Positions 8,681 to 18,697 are shown, counted from the first letter of the stretch. The stretch: 64,000 nt of DNA from an uncultured Gammaproteobacteria bacterium (GCA_964409875.1 CAYPEN010000001.1:134637-198636), one strand, 5' to 3'. Made by a program: numbers and translations. The notes: a model not told the origin generated them from the sequence alone.

Positions 8681-9286
8681 ATGCGGATTCCAAAAGCTTT
8701 AGAGCGTGTAATAGAAAATTTTGAGTCTCTTCCAGGCATTGGCCCAAAAAGTGCACAACGTCTTTCCTTTTACCTGTTGCACGTACCGCAAGACGTTCTT
8801 GACGAATTTGCCCAGAATTTAACCCAGCTTAAGAAGAACACAAAAATGTGCTCTATCTGTTTTAATATCGGGACCACAGAAATTTGCGATGTGTGCAATG
8901 ATAGCGAGCGGGATAAAACGATTATATGTGTAGTAGAGGATGCACTGGATGTTCTGGCTTTTGAAAAGTCCGACAAATTTAAGGGTGTGTATCACGTGTT
9001 GCATGGCGTTGTCGACCCGCTTAATTCCATAGGGCCCGATGACATTTATATTCCTCAACTTATGAATCGCCTCTCATCTGACCATGAAGTTAAAGAACTT
9101 ATTATCGCGACCAATCCGACCATGGAAGGTGAAGCAACGGCTATGTATATCGTCAAACAAATAAAACAGCATCATCCCGAACTTGTTATTTCCCGGATAG
9201 GCCGTGGATTGCCGGTCGGTGCAGACATAGAATATGCGGATGAAGTTACACTATCCCGCGCTTTGGAAGGACGTTCTCAATATTAA
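8681..9286 (+). CDS. recR: Recombination protein RecR
   Basis: 201 aa. It has an HhH N-terminus (LPGIGPKSAQRLSFYLL), a C4 zinc finger (CSICFNIGTTEICDVCND) and a Toprim domain. Confidence 0.95.
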   Translation: MRIPKALERVIENFESLPGIGPKSAQRLSFYLLHVPQDVLDEFAQNLTQLKKNTKMCSICFNIGTTEICDVCNDSERDKTIICVVEDALDVLAFEKSDKFKGVYHVLHGVVDPLNSIGPDDIYIPQLMNRLSSDHEVKELIIATNPTMEGEATAMYIVKQIKQHHPELVISRIGRGLPVGADIEYADEVTLSRALEGRSQY

Positions 9287-9296
9287 AAATTGCTAA

Positions 9297-11177
9297 TTAA
9301 GAAGTTGCGAGTGGAGGAGTGTTGGTTCCGCTTCCTGTTGGTGTTTCGGCTGTATCAGTTGTGGCACCTACTCCGGAAAGTGTTGGTTCGGGAGCAGCCG
9401 AAGTTTCTGTTGGCGTTGCTCCAAGAGTTGATGCGCCTGCAGATTCTGCAACCGCCGCAGCCTGTTCAAGTACATTTCCAGATGGCGTTGCTGAGCCTTC
9501 CGCAGTCGATGTCATTGCAGAAGACGGATTTTCGATAGCAGGAGCCACGGCGCCGTCGGTTGGAAGCGCTCCATCGGAAACCTCAACTGATGCAGCTACT
9601 TGACCTGCTTGTCCCAAAACGTCCATATTTGAGACTTCAGAACTACCGGTAGCAGCTACCGAGCTCATTGCTGGGTCTACTGCCGGTTCGGGAGCAGTTG
9701 GTGTAGGAGCAGCTTCCGGTTCCACGGGGGCGCCGACTATTGAAGGAGCATCTTCTGCTACTGGTGGCATTCCTGTTCCAAATGGAGGTGGGGTTTCAGT
9801 TGAGGCGCCCGGTAGTGGGGTAGGACTTGTTTCCAAATTGAGAGCATTGGGTTCAGATGAAGCAAGGGGGGAAGTTGCTACAGGTGGTGCTTCAGGGGCA
9901 GAGGGCGCAACTCCAACAACGGGCGCATCAGGATGTGCCGCTGAAGCGTCAATTGACCAGCTTGCAGGTGTAGAGGGTGCAGCGGCTTCACCGGCCGGTG
10001 CCATATCGGTTGACGGTTGATATTCGGGAACTGAAGGCGTTGCTGCAGGCTCTGCTACTGCGGATGGGCCAGATGTGGTCGGTTCTGCCGCAGGGGAGGC
10101 TGGCCATTGAGAAGTTGCCTCGGATGCAGGAGGAGCGGAGGGTGTACCGTCTTGGGTTGCCGCTGGTGTTGTGTCTACTGCGCTTGAAGTGGTTGCGGCT
10201 TCGGTTGGAGTTCCATAACTTGGGAAAGGTTCTGATGATGAGCCGGCTGTGTTTGTAGCTGCTTCAGACGATTGCTGTTCGGAAGGTGTTTCCATTGCCG
10301 TAGTTGCGGTTTTGTCTATTTCATCCAATGCGGCATTGGTGCCTGCTGCATTTGAGACTATAGACTCGGCTTCTGAAACTGCCGCAGTGGCAGCCATGTG
10401 GGATGCTTCGGCAGCTGGAGCGGGTGAGTTATCAACAGGAGCTGCATCTGGAATGGAAGAAATGGGCTCAGTTGTTGCCGTTTCTGCAGGTGAACTGACA
10501 GATTCTAGAGCAGGGGCTGCAGGTGTTTCACTACCTATTGGGGATAGACTATCAGAGGAGGTAACTACAGGTGTTTCTGGGTTGGGAGGCGTTTGCGTCT
10601 CATTTGATGCAGTAGCAGCACTTGAAGTTATTTCTGATGAAGTATCCTGAGGCGGCTTAACACCAGCAGTCCACGTCGTTTCAATTGTGCCTTGAGCTGT
10701 TGTCGCTAAATTTTCGGGCATATTGTTTTGGGGCTGAGGTTGGGCATTTTCCATCTTTGCGCTTCCACGAAGTCCGATAATACCAAGTAGCCTATTTCCA
10801 AGTCCCGGCTTTGGAGGCGTGGCTTGTGCTGCAGCCTTTTCGGCGACCATAGAATTATGGGTGGCGTTTAAGTTAGCCATTTCTGGAGTGCCCAATGGTT
10901 TTAAAGGGTCTAGAGGTTTAATTTCAGGTGCAGGTTGTGTTTGAGCTGCGGCATCTGGGCCAGCAGGCATCGTTGAAGCAGCAGGTTGCTCGGTCCCTGC
11001 CAATGCTTTTGCAGCCACATCTTCAGCTTGCGAGATGACACCAGCCGCTTCGGGAGCTGATGCGCCCGGAGTTGGAAGTAAACCGTTACCTGTTTCTGTT
11101 GCAGCGGGAACTGCTGCTTGTGGTGCTTCAAGCGTGGTAACACCACCGCCCTGATTTTCGCCGTTGTTTGGTCCCAT
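9297..11177 (-). CDS. Large low-complexity Ala/Pro/Thr/Ser/Glu-rich protein, predicted intrinsically disordered
   Basis: 626-aa ORF with no stop for 1.9 kb, co-oriented and 46 bp downstream of 11224..12015. There is no recognisable domain, signal peptide or TM helix. The bias toward GC-rich codons leaves open frames on both strands, so the coding status is uncertain. Confidence 0.4.
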   Translation of the reverse strand: MGPNNGENQGGGVTTLEAPQAAVPAATETGNGLLPTPGASAPEAAGVISQAEDVAAKALAGTEQPAASTMPAGPDAAAQTQPAPEIKPLDPLKPLGTPEMANLNATHNSMVAEKAAAQATPPKPGLGNRLLGIIGLRGSAKMENAQPQPQNNMPENLATTAQGTIETTWTAGVKPPQDTSSEITSSAATASNETQTPPNPETPVVTSSDSLSPIGSETPAAPALESVSSPAETATTEPISSIPDAAPVDNSPAPAAEASHMAATAAVSEAESIVSNAAGTNAALDEIDKTATTAMETPSEQQSSEAATNTAGSSSEPFPSYGTPTEAATTSSAVDTTPAATQDGTPSAPPASEATSQWPASPAAEPTTSGPSAVAEPAATPSVPEYQPSTDMAPAGEAAAPSTPASWSIDASAAHPDAPVVGVAPSAPEAPPVATSPLASSEPNALNLETSPTPLPGASTETPPPFGTGMPPVAEDAPSIVGAPVEPEAAPTPTAPEPAVDPAMSSVAATGSSEVSNMDVLGQAGQVAASVEVSDGALPTDGAVAPAIENPSSAMTSTAEGSATPSGNVLEQAAAVAESAGASTLGATPTETSAAPEPTLSGVGATTDTAETPTGSGTNTPPLATS

Positions 11178-11223
11178 TACACTAAGTTACAAGAAGAGGG
11201 AATAGTTTGTCAAGAGTGGTCGA

Positions 11224-12015
11224 CTATTTCTGTCCTTTTTGCCAAGGGGCGCGTTTCAGAATAGGAGCATACACGTCGTCATTCATGTCGATTCGAAGCT
11301 CCTTGATTTCATTCTCGGTAGTATCACGGTTGGTAAACTCAATGTTTGAAAGTTCTGAAATTATTGCCAGTGGGGTTTGCTCCTGGCCCTCTCCCATAGC
11401 GGTAACAGCTCCTGCTGCCAGTCCGTCTGCAACATTTGCTTTTGTGACGCGCATTATCCTGTCGAATAAATCAGGTTTTCCCATGTAATCGTTGAGCGCA
11501 TTAAAACCCGAATGAGCTATGCTAACCCCTGTTGTTCCCCAGCGAAGAGGAGTGGTTTTGCTGTCGGTTATGATAACGCCTATATTTTGCACGCCGAATT
11601 TTTCAACAAGATGTTGCCTTATTTCATTTGCCGTCTCATAAGGGTTTTTGGGCCACAGAATATAGTAGCCATTCCCATTCGACTCGTCGATTCCTGCCGT
11701 TGGAATGAGTAAGTTTTGCGTGATGGTCAAGTAAAACCCATATTGATTTTCATTCTTATCCAAAAACATTTCACTTTCTTCTTTGACCAATTTTTCTTTA
11801 TCCTCAATTTCAGTCGTGTGATTTATCTTTTTTATCCTTCCTTCAGCTATCGAAACAATTTTTGAAGTGACAACAAGAATGGAGTTTTCCTCCATCTTAT
11901 TTATATAGGTGTCTAAAATATTAAAAAGGTTAGTGTCCTTTTCCGTTATCTTGTGGGTCTTTAGTGGTGTAATTGTCATAGAGGCAATTGTACTATAATT
12001 TAGCCTCATTGACAA
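11224..12015 (-). CDS. F420-0:gamma-glutamyl ligase (CofE)-like fold protein
   Basis: 263 aa. The motifs LLIPTAGIDESNG and GVIITDSKTTPLRWGTTGVSIAHSGF resemble the CofE/F420_ligase family. This rests on recalled similarity and was not aligned. Confidence 0.5.
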   Translation of the reverse strand: MSMRLNYSTIASMTITPLKTHKITEKDTNLFNILDTYINKMEENSILVVTSKIVSIAEGRIKKINHTTEIEDKEKLVKEESEMFLDKNENQYGFYLTITQNLLIPTAGIDESNGNGYYILWPKNPYETANEIRQHLVEKFGVQNIGVIITDSKTTPLRWGTTGVSIAHSGFNALNDYMGKPDLFDRIMRVTKANVADGLAAGAVTAMGEGQEQTPLAIISELSNIEFTNRDTTENEIKELRIDMNDDVYAPILKRAPWQKGQK

Positions 12016-12042
12016 AAATAAAACTCTATTTATAATCGGATT

Positions 12043-13515
12043 ATGTCAGCTGAATTGTTATCTCTTCCGGATACGCCTCAAGGTCCTGATATTAATTACG
12101 ACACCTACCACACAGTTTACGAGTATCGCTATGCAGGTCAAAGCATGCGAAATATTTGGTCAGAAAACCATAAAACAGCTTTGATGCGTGAGGTATGGGT
12201 TGCTGTAGCGACTGCTCAAAACAGAGCGGGAATTGTAACAGATGCTGAGCTTGGTGATTTGATATTGCAGGAATATAATTTCGATTTCCCAACCATTTTA
12301 GACCGGGAGACAAACCCTGATAATCCACAATACCAGGGCCATGATATTTTGGCAGCAATTTCAGAATATGAAGATAGGGCGCAAACAGGTGGAGGAAAAA
12401 TTCATCAAGGAATGACTTCGGAAGACGTGTTGTCGAACGTTGAAGTGATGCAGATGAAAGAAGCTCTTGATCTTGTTGAGAACAGATTAGTGCAAGTACT
12501 TGAAGGATTCGGCATAAGAATTGAAGAATTTAAATCAACTCCGGTTACCGGTTTTACGCACATACAGGCAGGTGAGCCAATTACTTTAGGGTTAAGGCTT
12601 AGTAACTACGGACAGAATTTTCTGCCGGACTTAATGCATATCAGACGTCTAAAAGAAACGTTGCGGGCAAAAGGAATTAAGGGCCCTGTTGGGACATCGG
12701 CAGGTGTGAAGGAGTTGCTTGAGGGGACTAACATGAGCGTTGATGAGCACGAACAAATTGTTATGAATAAGCTTGGCCTAAAAGCGTATACGATAACCAA
12801 TCAAACATATCCAAGAAAACAATTTGCGGAAGTCATGAAAGTGCTGGCAGGGATCGGGACATCAGCCTTCCAATTTGCAAATAATATGCGATTATTACAG
12901 TCGTCACCATTCGATGAGATTTCAGAGCCGAGAAACAAATTAGATAAAGGCTCATCCGCAATGCCGCATAAAAGGAATCCGAGACATTCAGAAAACATCA
13001 TGTCGCTTGCGCGTGGATTGAAATATAAAGCTGCCGAAGCTGAAGAAATAGCTCAAGATGTACCACTCGAGCGGGGAATTGATGATTCAGGAGGCAAGCG
13101 TTCATTGTTACCAGAAGCTTTCCTGGCGGTCGATGAAATACTGAGCCGATGTAACCGGATTGTTAGAGGTTTTGATGCACATGAAGACTCACAGTGGAGT
13201 AATCTGGAAAAGTTCTCGCCCTATTTAGCAACGGAGCCGATTATGTTAACTGCGGCGGCACGTGGGGCAAATAGACAGGAGATGCATGAAATATTATTTG
13301 TTGTTTCGGGTGATGCCATAAAAGCAGTGAGAAGAGGAGAGCCGAATCCGATGAAGGAACTTGTTGCAGGAAAAGATGAAATTACGAAATACATTGCACC
13401 AGATGAGATGGATATTATTTTTAGAGATACATATCAAAAGACAGGAGAGTCACGCCAGTTCTGCGAAACGTTCCTTCAAGAAGAATTATACCCGGCAATA
13501 GGCAAAGTAGCCTAA
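12043..13515 (+). CDS. purB: Adenylosuccinate lyase / fumarate-lyase superfamily enzyme
   Basis: 490 aa. It carries the fumarate-lyase signature GSSAMPHKRNP, and its length and layout are consistent with PurB. Confidence 0.8.
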   Translation: MSAELLSLPDTPQGPDINYDTYHTVYEYRYAGQSMRNIWSENHKTALMREVWVAVATAQNRAGIVTDAELGDLILQEYNFDFPTILDRETNPDNPQYQGHDILAAISEYEDRAQTGGGKIHQGMTSEDVLSNVEVMQMKEALDLVENRLVQVLEGFGIRIEEFKSTPVTGFTHIQAGEPITLGLRLSNYGQNFLPDLMHIRRLKETLRAKGIKGPVGTSAGVKELLEGTNMSVDEHEQIVMNKLGLKAYTITNQTYPRKQFAEVMKVLAGIGTSAFQFANNMRLLQSSPFDEISEPRNKLDKGSSAMPHKRNPRHSENIMSLARGLKYKAAEAEEIAQDVPLERGIDDSGGKRSLLPEAFLAVDEILSRCNRIVRGFDAHEDSQWSNLEKFSPYLATEPIMLTAAARGANRQEMHEILFVVSGDAIKAVRRGEPNPMKELVAGKDEITKYIAPDEMDIIFRDTYQKTGESRQFCETFLQEELYPAIGKVA

Positions 13516-13519
13516 TTCT

Positions 13520-14692
13520 TTACCTCTGGAATTTTGGGGTTAGTACATTCTCCGTATCAAGCAGTCCGTATTTTGAGAGAAGACGGGACAAAATAGGGGA
13601 GCGTGTAGCATACAAAAGTTTTTTTGGGAATTTCTCAGTCATGAGATTTTCAATTTCATGAAATCCCAGAAGATATGCTGCGTCTTTTGGAAAACCACCG
13701 GGATGAGAAGTGTCTGAAAGACCGCGCTTGACTCGGTACGTCATCACAAACGCACGTTGCGGAGTAAGCGTTTCACAAAGTGTATCAAATATTTCGCGGA
13801 AACTTTTATGCAAGAGTCGTACCGCTTTAATTCTCGAGTAGTACATTTCAAATGCGCTTGGTGTAATTTTTCTTGTAGTTACTTCATTATAGACAGCAAG
13901 ACCTTCTCCATACAGATTTTGGTTACCATATTTTGAAAACTCTACGAGTGGAGTATTCGAACTTTTAGAATTTTGGGCTTGCAGAACATGGCTTTCGATT
14001 TCATGCACTACAAGCCTATCAACATTGCACTCAAAACGCCGAATTTCACTTCCGATATTGATGGTGTGTTGCCCGACATTTATGATGTGTGGCGAGAAAG
14101 TATCAATCTTTACTTCAAATCCTGAAATGTTGTAACGGGAAAGTGCTTTCTCAAAGCGTTCTTTAATTTTTTCAGCATCCTGCATTTTGTGTTTGATATG
14201 CATAGTAAATTCAACTTTAGGAGTGTTGGAAAGAAGTAGGTCGAGCCTATCACTTCCCCAGTCAAAGAGCTTATGTGCGTATTCTGAAAAATCTTGGCTT
14301 CCGATAGATTTTTTTGTCAGAAAAAGTGTGTTCTGGTCATCAAGAAAGTCTAAGAAGTGTTCCTTTAATTCGTCAGGTATTTCTAGCGCATCAATTTGTT
14401 TTTTAAACTCATTAATAGTCCTTGTGATGTTGGGAAGGTCCTTCTTGTTGTAGGTATACATCGGGTTATAGTTTTTGGAGGAAAAAAATTTTGCCATCTC
14501 CTCTCCATAATTAAGAGGAGTAAGGGAAGCGGTTCCTATGTGGAGAGTCCTTTTAAGTCTAATTATTTGTTCTGCTACTTCTTCCAGCTGTTTTTTAATA
14601 TGAGCCGGAATGTGACTTTCTTCTTTTGCCATCGGGGTTATTATGGTACCACGAAGATGCCTTCTTGTCGAATTACCGCAAAAATTTTGCAT
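13520..14692 (-). CDS. DUF1704-like (QEGLA-motif family) putative metallopeptidase-like protein
   Basis: 390 aa. It has an HEXXH-like motif (VVHEIESHV) and a downstream YGEGLAVYNE that resembles the QEGLA motif of DUF1704. Recall-based. Confidence 0.4.
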   Translation of the reverse strand: MQNFCGNSTRRHLRGTIITPMAKEESHIPAHIKKQLEEVAEQIIRLKRTLHIGTASLTPLNYGEEMAKFFSSKNYNPMYTYNKKDLPNITRTINEFKKQIDALEIPDELKEHFLDFLDDQNTLFLTKKSIGSQDFSEYAHKLFDWGSDRLDLLLSNTPKVEFTMHIKHKMQDAEKIKERFEKALSRYNISGFEVKIDTFSPHIINVGQHTINIGSEIRRFECNVDRLVVHEIESHVLQAQNSKSSNTPLVEFSKYGNQNLYGEGLAVYNEVTTRKITPSAFEMYYSRIKAVRLLHKSFREIFDTLCETLTPQRAFVMTYRVKRGLSDTSHPGGFPKDAAYLLGFHEIENLMTEKFPKKLLYATRSPILSRLLSKYGLLDTENVLTPKFQR

Positions 14693-14981
14693 AGTAAAAT
14701 TCAGAGTTTAGCGCTTAGCGCCTAGGGTGTAGCTGATGAATAACTAAATATATCGAAACCACTTTCTAAACTAATTATGATTTGATAATATTGTACGCAT
14801 TTTTGATATGTAAAATTTATTTTTTCAATGCGTTGCCCATTACAAATGGGATGATTCAACTTTTTAGTTGCGGTAATAAAGTGGACTATTCTGTGCAAAA
14901 AACTGACTATGTCATACCATATCACGATTTTTTATTCTTCAAAGCATTGATAAGTGAAAACACAAAGCATACAATATCAGA

Positions 14982-16538
14982 ATGATTCTCAATAAATACT
15001 CGGAAAGCCTCATTCATCTTTTTGAAAAGGCAAAAGAAAAGCCAATTGAAACTGCTAACGCTGTCAATCCGCTTGTCTCAGAGCTTGCATCCTGGTACGA
15101 GAAATTCCGGAATTCCATTGAATACAGAGACGAAGAAGTAATCCTGCGGGCATCAATTGAGAGGATATTGAAAAGAAGATTGGCCCTTGGGGGAACAGGA
15201 GCAACTGCTGCAAAGCCCTTATTGAAAGAACTGGTGTGGGCGCGCTATTTTCCAGAGTCGTTATATACCGAAGAGACGATAAAAAAAATAGAGCAGATAA
15301 TAGATTTTTACCTGAAGCTTAAAAGTGAGTCGGTAAAAAGGGGAATGAAAGACGGACATATGCGGGAGTTGATGTTCCAACTCATGTCCTCCGATGTTGA
15401 GCAGACCTTACATCCGAATAAAGTAGAGGAAGCAGTCGGAAATTATATCTTCCACGTCCTGCAAAAAAGCATTGCTGTTGAAGAGGAGATGGAGGAGGAG
15501 AGGGATCTGCAGCTTTTTATAGCAATTCGGCGTGCGTACTCAAAAGACGATATTGCTTTTTTGCGATTCAAATTATTCACGCAATATTTTGGCAAAATGA
15601 ATAATCAGGAAGTTGAAGTTGTTGCCGAAAGATTTAGGGATGCATACCAAAAAATTGAGAAGCAGCTAACGCATTCTGCCCGGTTTAAAATACTCTCTTA
15701 CGTCAAAAGGCAAATCCCGGCCTTTCTTATCATGGAAGATGTTTTTGCGACACAGGACAATATGAACGAGTTGGTGCAAAACGAGGAGGAGTTAGATGCC
15801 GTTATTCTTGCCGCCTGCAAGAAAAAATATAATACCATTTCGGAGAAGGTGCGGCGTGCAATCATACGAAGTGTCATCTTTATTCTCCTTTCAAAGACAG
15901 TTATCGCATTCGGTGTTGAAGGGACGTATGAGCGAATATTTTTGGGGCACGTGCAGTGGCTAACTCTGGCTCTGAATGTTATTATCCCTACGCTTTTTAT
16001 GATCGTAGTAGGATTTTCTATCCGTACTCCCGGAGACAAAAATTCACGCCTCATCTTGTCACGAATTCATGCGTTGCTTTTTGACGAAGAGCCAAAAATC
16101 GGACGGGTAATTGATTTTCCTGTGCCTGATAAAAAACCTCGAAGCACTATGGATTGGGTATTCTGGGTTTTGTGGGTTACCGCATTTTTGTTAAGTTTTG
16201 GTGCCGTGTCGCTGGGACTTTCGCTTTTGCATTTCAGTATGGTGTCTCAAGGGATATTTATTTTCTTTTTGGCAATTGTCAGTTTCCTTGCGTACCGCAT
16301 CAATATCACCGCGCATGAATATAGTGTTGAGAATAGGCAAGGTCTTTTGACACCAATAATCGATTTTTTCTTTATGCCGATAGCCCGGGTCGGGCAATAT
16401 CTGACTGCAGGCATTTCTCAAATAAATATTTTCTTGTTCATTCTGGATTTTATTATCGAGGCGCCCTACAAAGGGATTGTCGGATTTTTCGACCAGTGGT
16501 TTTTCTTCCTGCACTCGAAAAGGGAAGAGATAGGTTAA
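14982..16538 (+). CDS. Membrane protein of unknown function: soluble N-terminal half, multi-TM C-terminal half
   Basis: 518 aa. The N-terminal 300 aa are hydrophilic and helical, and the C-terminus has at least 4 TM helices. Confidence 0.5.
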   Translation: MILNKYSESLIHLFEKAKEKPIETANAVNPLVSELASWYEKFRNSIEYRDEEVILRASIERILKRRLALGGTGATAAKPLLKELVWARYFPESLYTEETIKKIEQIIDFYLKLKSESVKRGMKDGHMRELMFQLMSSDVEQTLHPNKVEEAVGNYIFHVLQKSIAVEEEMEEERDLQLFIAIRRAYSKDDIAFLRFKLFTQYFGKMNNQEVEVVAERFRDAYQKIEKQLTHSARFKILSYVKRQIPAFLIMEDVFATQDNMNELVQNEEELDAVILAACKKKYNTISEKVRRAIIRSVIFILLSKTVIAFGVEGTYERIFLGHVQWLTLALNVIIPTLFMIVVGFSIRTPGDKNSRLILSRIHALLFDEEPKIGRVIDFPVPDKKPRSTMDWVFWVLWVTAFLLSFGAVSLGLSLLHFSMVSQGIFIFFLAIVSFLAYRINITAHEYSVENRQGLLTPIIDFFFMPIARVGQYLTAGISQINIFLFILDFIIEAPYKGIVGFFDQWFFFLHSKREEIG

Positions 16539-16670
16539 TGGCGCATGGGTCCTGTCACTCCTCACCCCAATTTGCGCTGCTTTCCGCCCGCTCTATTTAT
16601 TTGGATGATGTTATGTTCGCTTGCAAAAAGTTCTCAATTGCGGTCCCCAGTCGTGCCACCCATTAGAAAA

Positions 16671-17009
16671 CTATTTAATATCTAGGAGTTCAACCTCGAA
16701 AATGAGGTCGGCAAGGGGTGGAATAACATCTCCTGCGCCTTCTTCTCCATAGGCCATAGTGTAGGGGATATATAACTTTCTTTTTCCTCCGACTTTCATG
16801 CCGGGAACGCCCTCGTCCCACCCTTTGATGACGTGTCCCACACCGATAAGAGTTTCAAAAGGAATGCCGCGGTCAACAGAGGAGTCGAACTTTTCACCAT
16901 CTTCGAATGTGCCGGTATAATGCATGACAACACGGTCTCCGGATTTTGCTTCCAGACCATTTCCTACCACAATGTCTTCAATAACAAGTTTTGTAATGGG
17001 AGTTTTCAT
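16671..17009 (-). CDS. FKBP-type peptidyl-prolyl cis-trans isomerase
   Basis: 112 aa. VVMHYTGTFEDGEKFDSSVDRGIPFETLIG ... LIFEVELLDI is a canonical FKBP domain. Confidence 0.9.
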   Translation of the reverse strand: MKTPITKLVIEDIVVGNGLEAKSGDRVVMHYTGTFEDGEKFDSSVDRGIPFETLIGVGHVIKGWDEGVPGMKVGGKRKLYIPYTMAYGEEGAGDVIPPLADLIFEVELLDIK

Positions 17010-17013
17010 ATAT

Positions 17014-17304
17014 TCATTTTACACCAACGAAATCTATTCGTGGAAGGAATGCACGGATTTGGTCCCAGAATTTATCGGCAAGTCCTGAAGAGTATTTGGA
17101 AAACTGCCCGCTATTTTGGTGGGCGGTCAATTTCATTTCGTATTCACGTATAACATCAACCACTTTTTTCCCTTTTTCATTGAATTCATTTTTGTATTTC
17201 TCCTCATCTTGGAGGAATTTGTCGTGAATATCCTTAAAATCCAGCATCAAATCACGGTGCCGTTCCATCATTTCCAAAAATAACTGGCGGTATTTAGCGG
17301 ACAT
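17014..17304 (-). CDS. Hypothetical helical protein
   Basis: 96-aa ORF co-oriented with the FKBP gene 4 nt downstream. No motif was recognised. Confidence 0.4.
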   Translation of the reverse strand: MSAKYRQLFLEMMERHRDLMLDFKDIHDKFLQDEEKYKNEFNEKGKKVVDVIREYEMKLTAHQNSGQFSKYSSGLADKFWDQIRAFLPRIDFVGVK

Positions 17305-17400
17305 AGTTTAGAAATAATAAATAGCTAATAGTTAATAGTCAATAGTTAATATAGATTGTTGATTGAGGATGTGTGTTTACGCTTTGGTATAATCATTAAC

Positions 17401-18318
17401 ATGAACCATCAAATTTTGCTTTATTATAAGTACACTCCAATCGAAAACCCCGTTCATGAAATGCGGGAGCAGAAAAGGCTGTGCGAGCGTCTTGGCCTTA
17501 CGGGTCGCATAATTATTGCAGCTGAGGGGATAAATGGTACGGTTGAGGGGACTATCGAGAACACCGAAGAATATATAAAAATTATGACAAAAGACCCACG
17601 ATTCTCAGATATCAATTGGAAAAAATCAGAAGGCACCGGTAATGCGTTCCCAAAACTCAAAGTGAAAGTAAGAGAGGAAATAGTCAGTCTTCACCTTCAC
17701 GACAAAGATATAAAGCCCTGGCAAATAACAGGAAAATATTTAGAGGCGGAAGAATTGCATAAGTGGTTTGAGGAAGGAAAGGAGTTTTATATCGTTGATA
17801 TGAGAAATGATTATGAACACAAGTCCGGGTATTTCGAAGGGTCGATTTTGCCGCCATTCAGCAATTTCAGAGACCTTTCAGAATTATTGCCGCAACTTGA
17901 GGGCTTGAAAAACAAAACGGTTGTGACTGTTTGTACCGGTGGAGTCAGGTGTGAGAAAGCATCAGGGTTTCTCGTAAAAAATGGTTTTGCAGATGTTTAC
18001 CAGCTAAAAAATGGCATCGTAACATATATGGAAAAGTACCCCAATGAGCATTTCAAAGGGAAGTTGTATGTTTTTGATGGACGAATTCTCATGGGATTTA
18101 ATACCAATGACCCACAACATGAGATCGTGGGGAAATGCGAAAAGTGCTTGAAGGCTTCAGAAAATTATATAAATTGTGATACAGTTGGGTGTCATAGGCA
18201 TTTTATTTTATGTCAAAATTGTATTGAAAAATTCGGCAAGATTTGTCCTGAAGGATGCACCTACCTACGGCAAAAACAAAGGGAGAACCCGGTTCACTCA
18301 GAAAATAACTCTTCTTAG
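17401..18318 (+). CDS. trhO: Rhodanese-domain tRNA U34 hydroxylase TrhO / YceA (UPF0176) family
   Basis: MNHQILLYYKYTPIENP ... the UPF0176 N-terminus is followed by a rhodanese domain with an active-site Cys (VCTGGVRCEKASGFL) and a C-terminal Cys-rich tail. The ATG at 17401 is preferred over the track's TTG at 17356. Confidence 0.8.
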   Translation: MNHQILLYYKYTPIENPVHEMREQKRLCERLGLTGRIIIAAEGINGTVEGTIENTEEYIKIMTKDPRFSDINWKKSEGTGNAFPKLKVKVREEIVSLHLHDKDIKPWQITGKYLEAEELHKWFEEGKEFYIVDMRNDYEHKSGYFEGSILPPFSNFRDLSELLPQLEGLKNKTVVTVCTGGVRCEKASGFLVKNGFADVYQLKNGIVTYMEKYPNEHFKGKLYVFDGRILMGFNTNDPQHEIVGKCEKCLKASENYINCDTVGCHRHFILCQNCIEKFGKICPEGCTYLRQKQRENPVHSENNSS

Positions 18319-18322
18319 AAGC

Positions 18323-18500
18323 TTAAACGCAGTCAAGAATTCACCGAATTCTTAAACGCAGTCAAGAATTCACCGAATTCTTAAACATAGTCAAGAATTC
18401 ACCGAATTCTTAAACGCAGTCAAGAATTCACCGAATTCTTAAACATAGTCAAGAATTCACCGAATTCTTAAACGCAGTCAAGAATTCACCGAATTCTTAC
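18323..18500. repeat. Six tandem copies of a 29-bp direct repeat (TTAAACGCAGTCAAGAATTCACCGAATTC)
   Basis: Unit starts were counted at 18323, 18352, 18381, 18410, 18439 and 18468, with a degenerate partial copy at 18497. Units alternate ...AAACGCAG... and ...AAACATAG.... Each unit has two GAATTC sites. No unique spacers separate the copies. Confidence 0.85.
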
Positions 18501-18626
18501 AAACTTTTCACGGCCTTTTTGATTTAGAACTATATAGTATGAGCATGGAAGTAATAGTAAAAAGATCTCTATTCGTTGTACTTTCAACCATAATTTTTTT
18601 GAGTGCCTACCTCGTTTCGCTAAGAT

Positions 18627-18653
18627 AAAAAGGCGTTGTGGGCGGCCTTTTTT
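18627..18653 (+). terminator. Hairpin AAAAGGC-N10-GCCTTTTTT; terminator-like
   Basis: aaaaggcgttgtgggcggccttttttc is a 7-bp stem followed by a T-run. It lies downstream of trhO and the repeat array, upstream of the MFS gene. Confidence 0.35.
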
Positions 18654-18697
18654 CATAGTAAAATGAAATCCCCTAAGAAAACAACCGAGGGCGTTTT

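Noticed and set aside
9319-10650. Plus-strand ORFs (9319..9603, 9838..10020, 10249..10650) opposite the low-complexity gene
   Set aside because: They are products of GC/Ala-codon bias, and no independent support exists. The long minus-strand frame itself is kept at low confidence.
14722-14985. Small ORFs 14722..14925(-) and 14782..14985(+) in the divergent intergenic region
   Set aside because: These are AT-rich promoter regions and the ORFs have no RBS or motif, so they are probably spurious.
16539-16670. Possible tRNA or ncRNA in the 130-bp gap after the 14982 gene
   Set aside because: No cloverleaf was found, only the short GGGTCCTGTCA hairpin motif reported above.
18323-18500. Possible CRISPR array (29-bp repeats)
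   Set aside because: The units abut head to tail with no unique spacers, and no cas genes are nearby. It is a simple tandem repeat.
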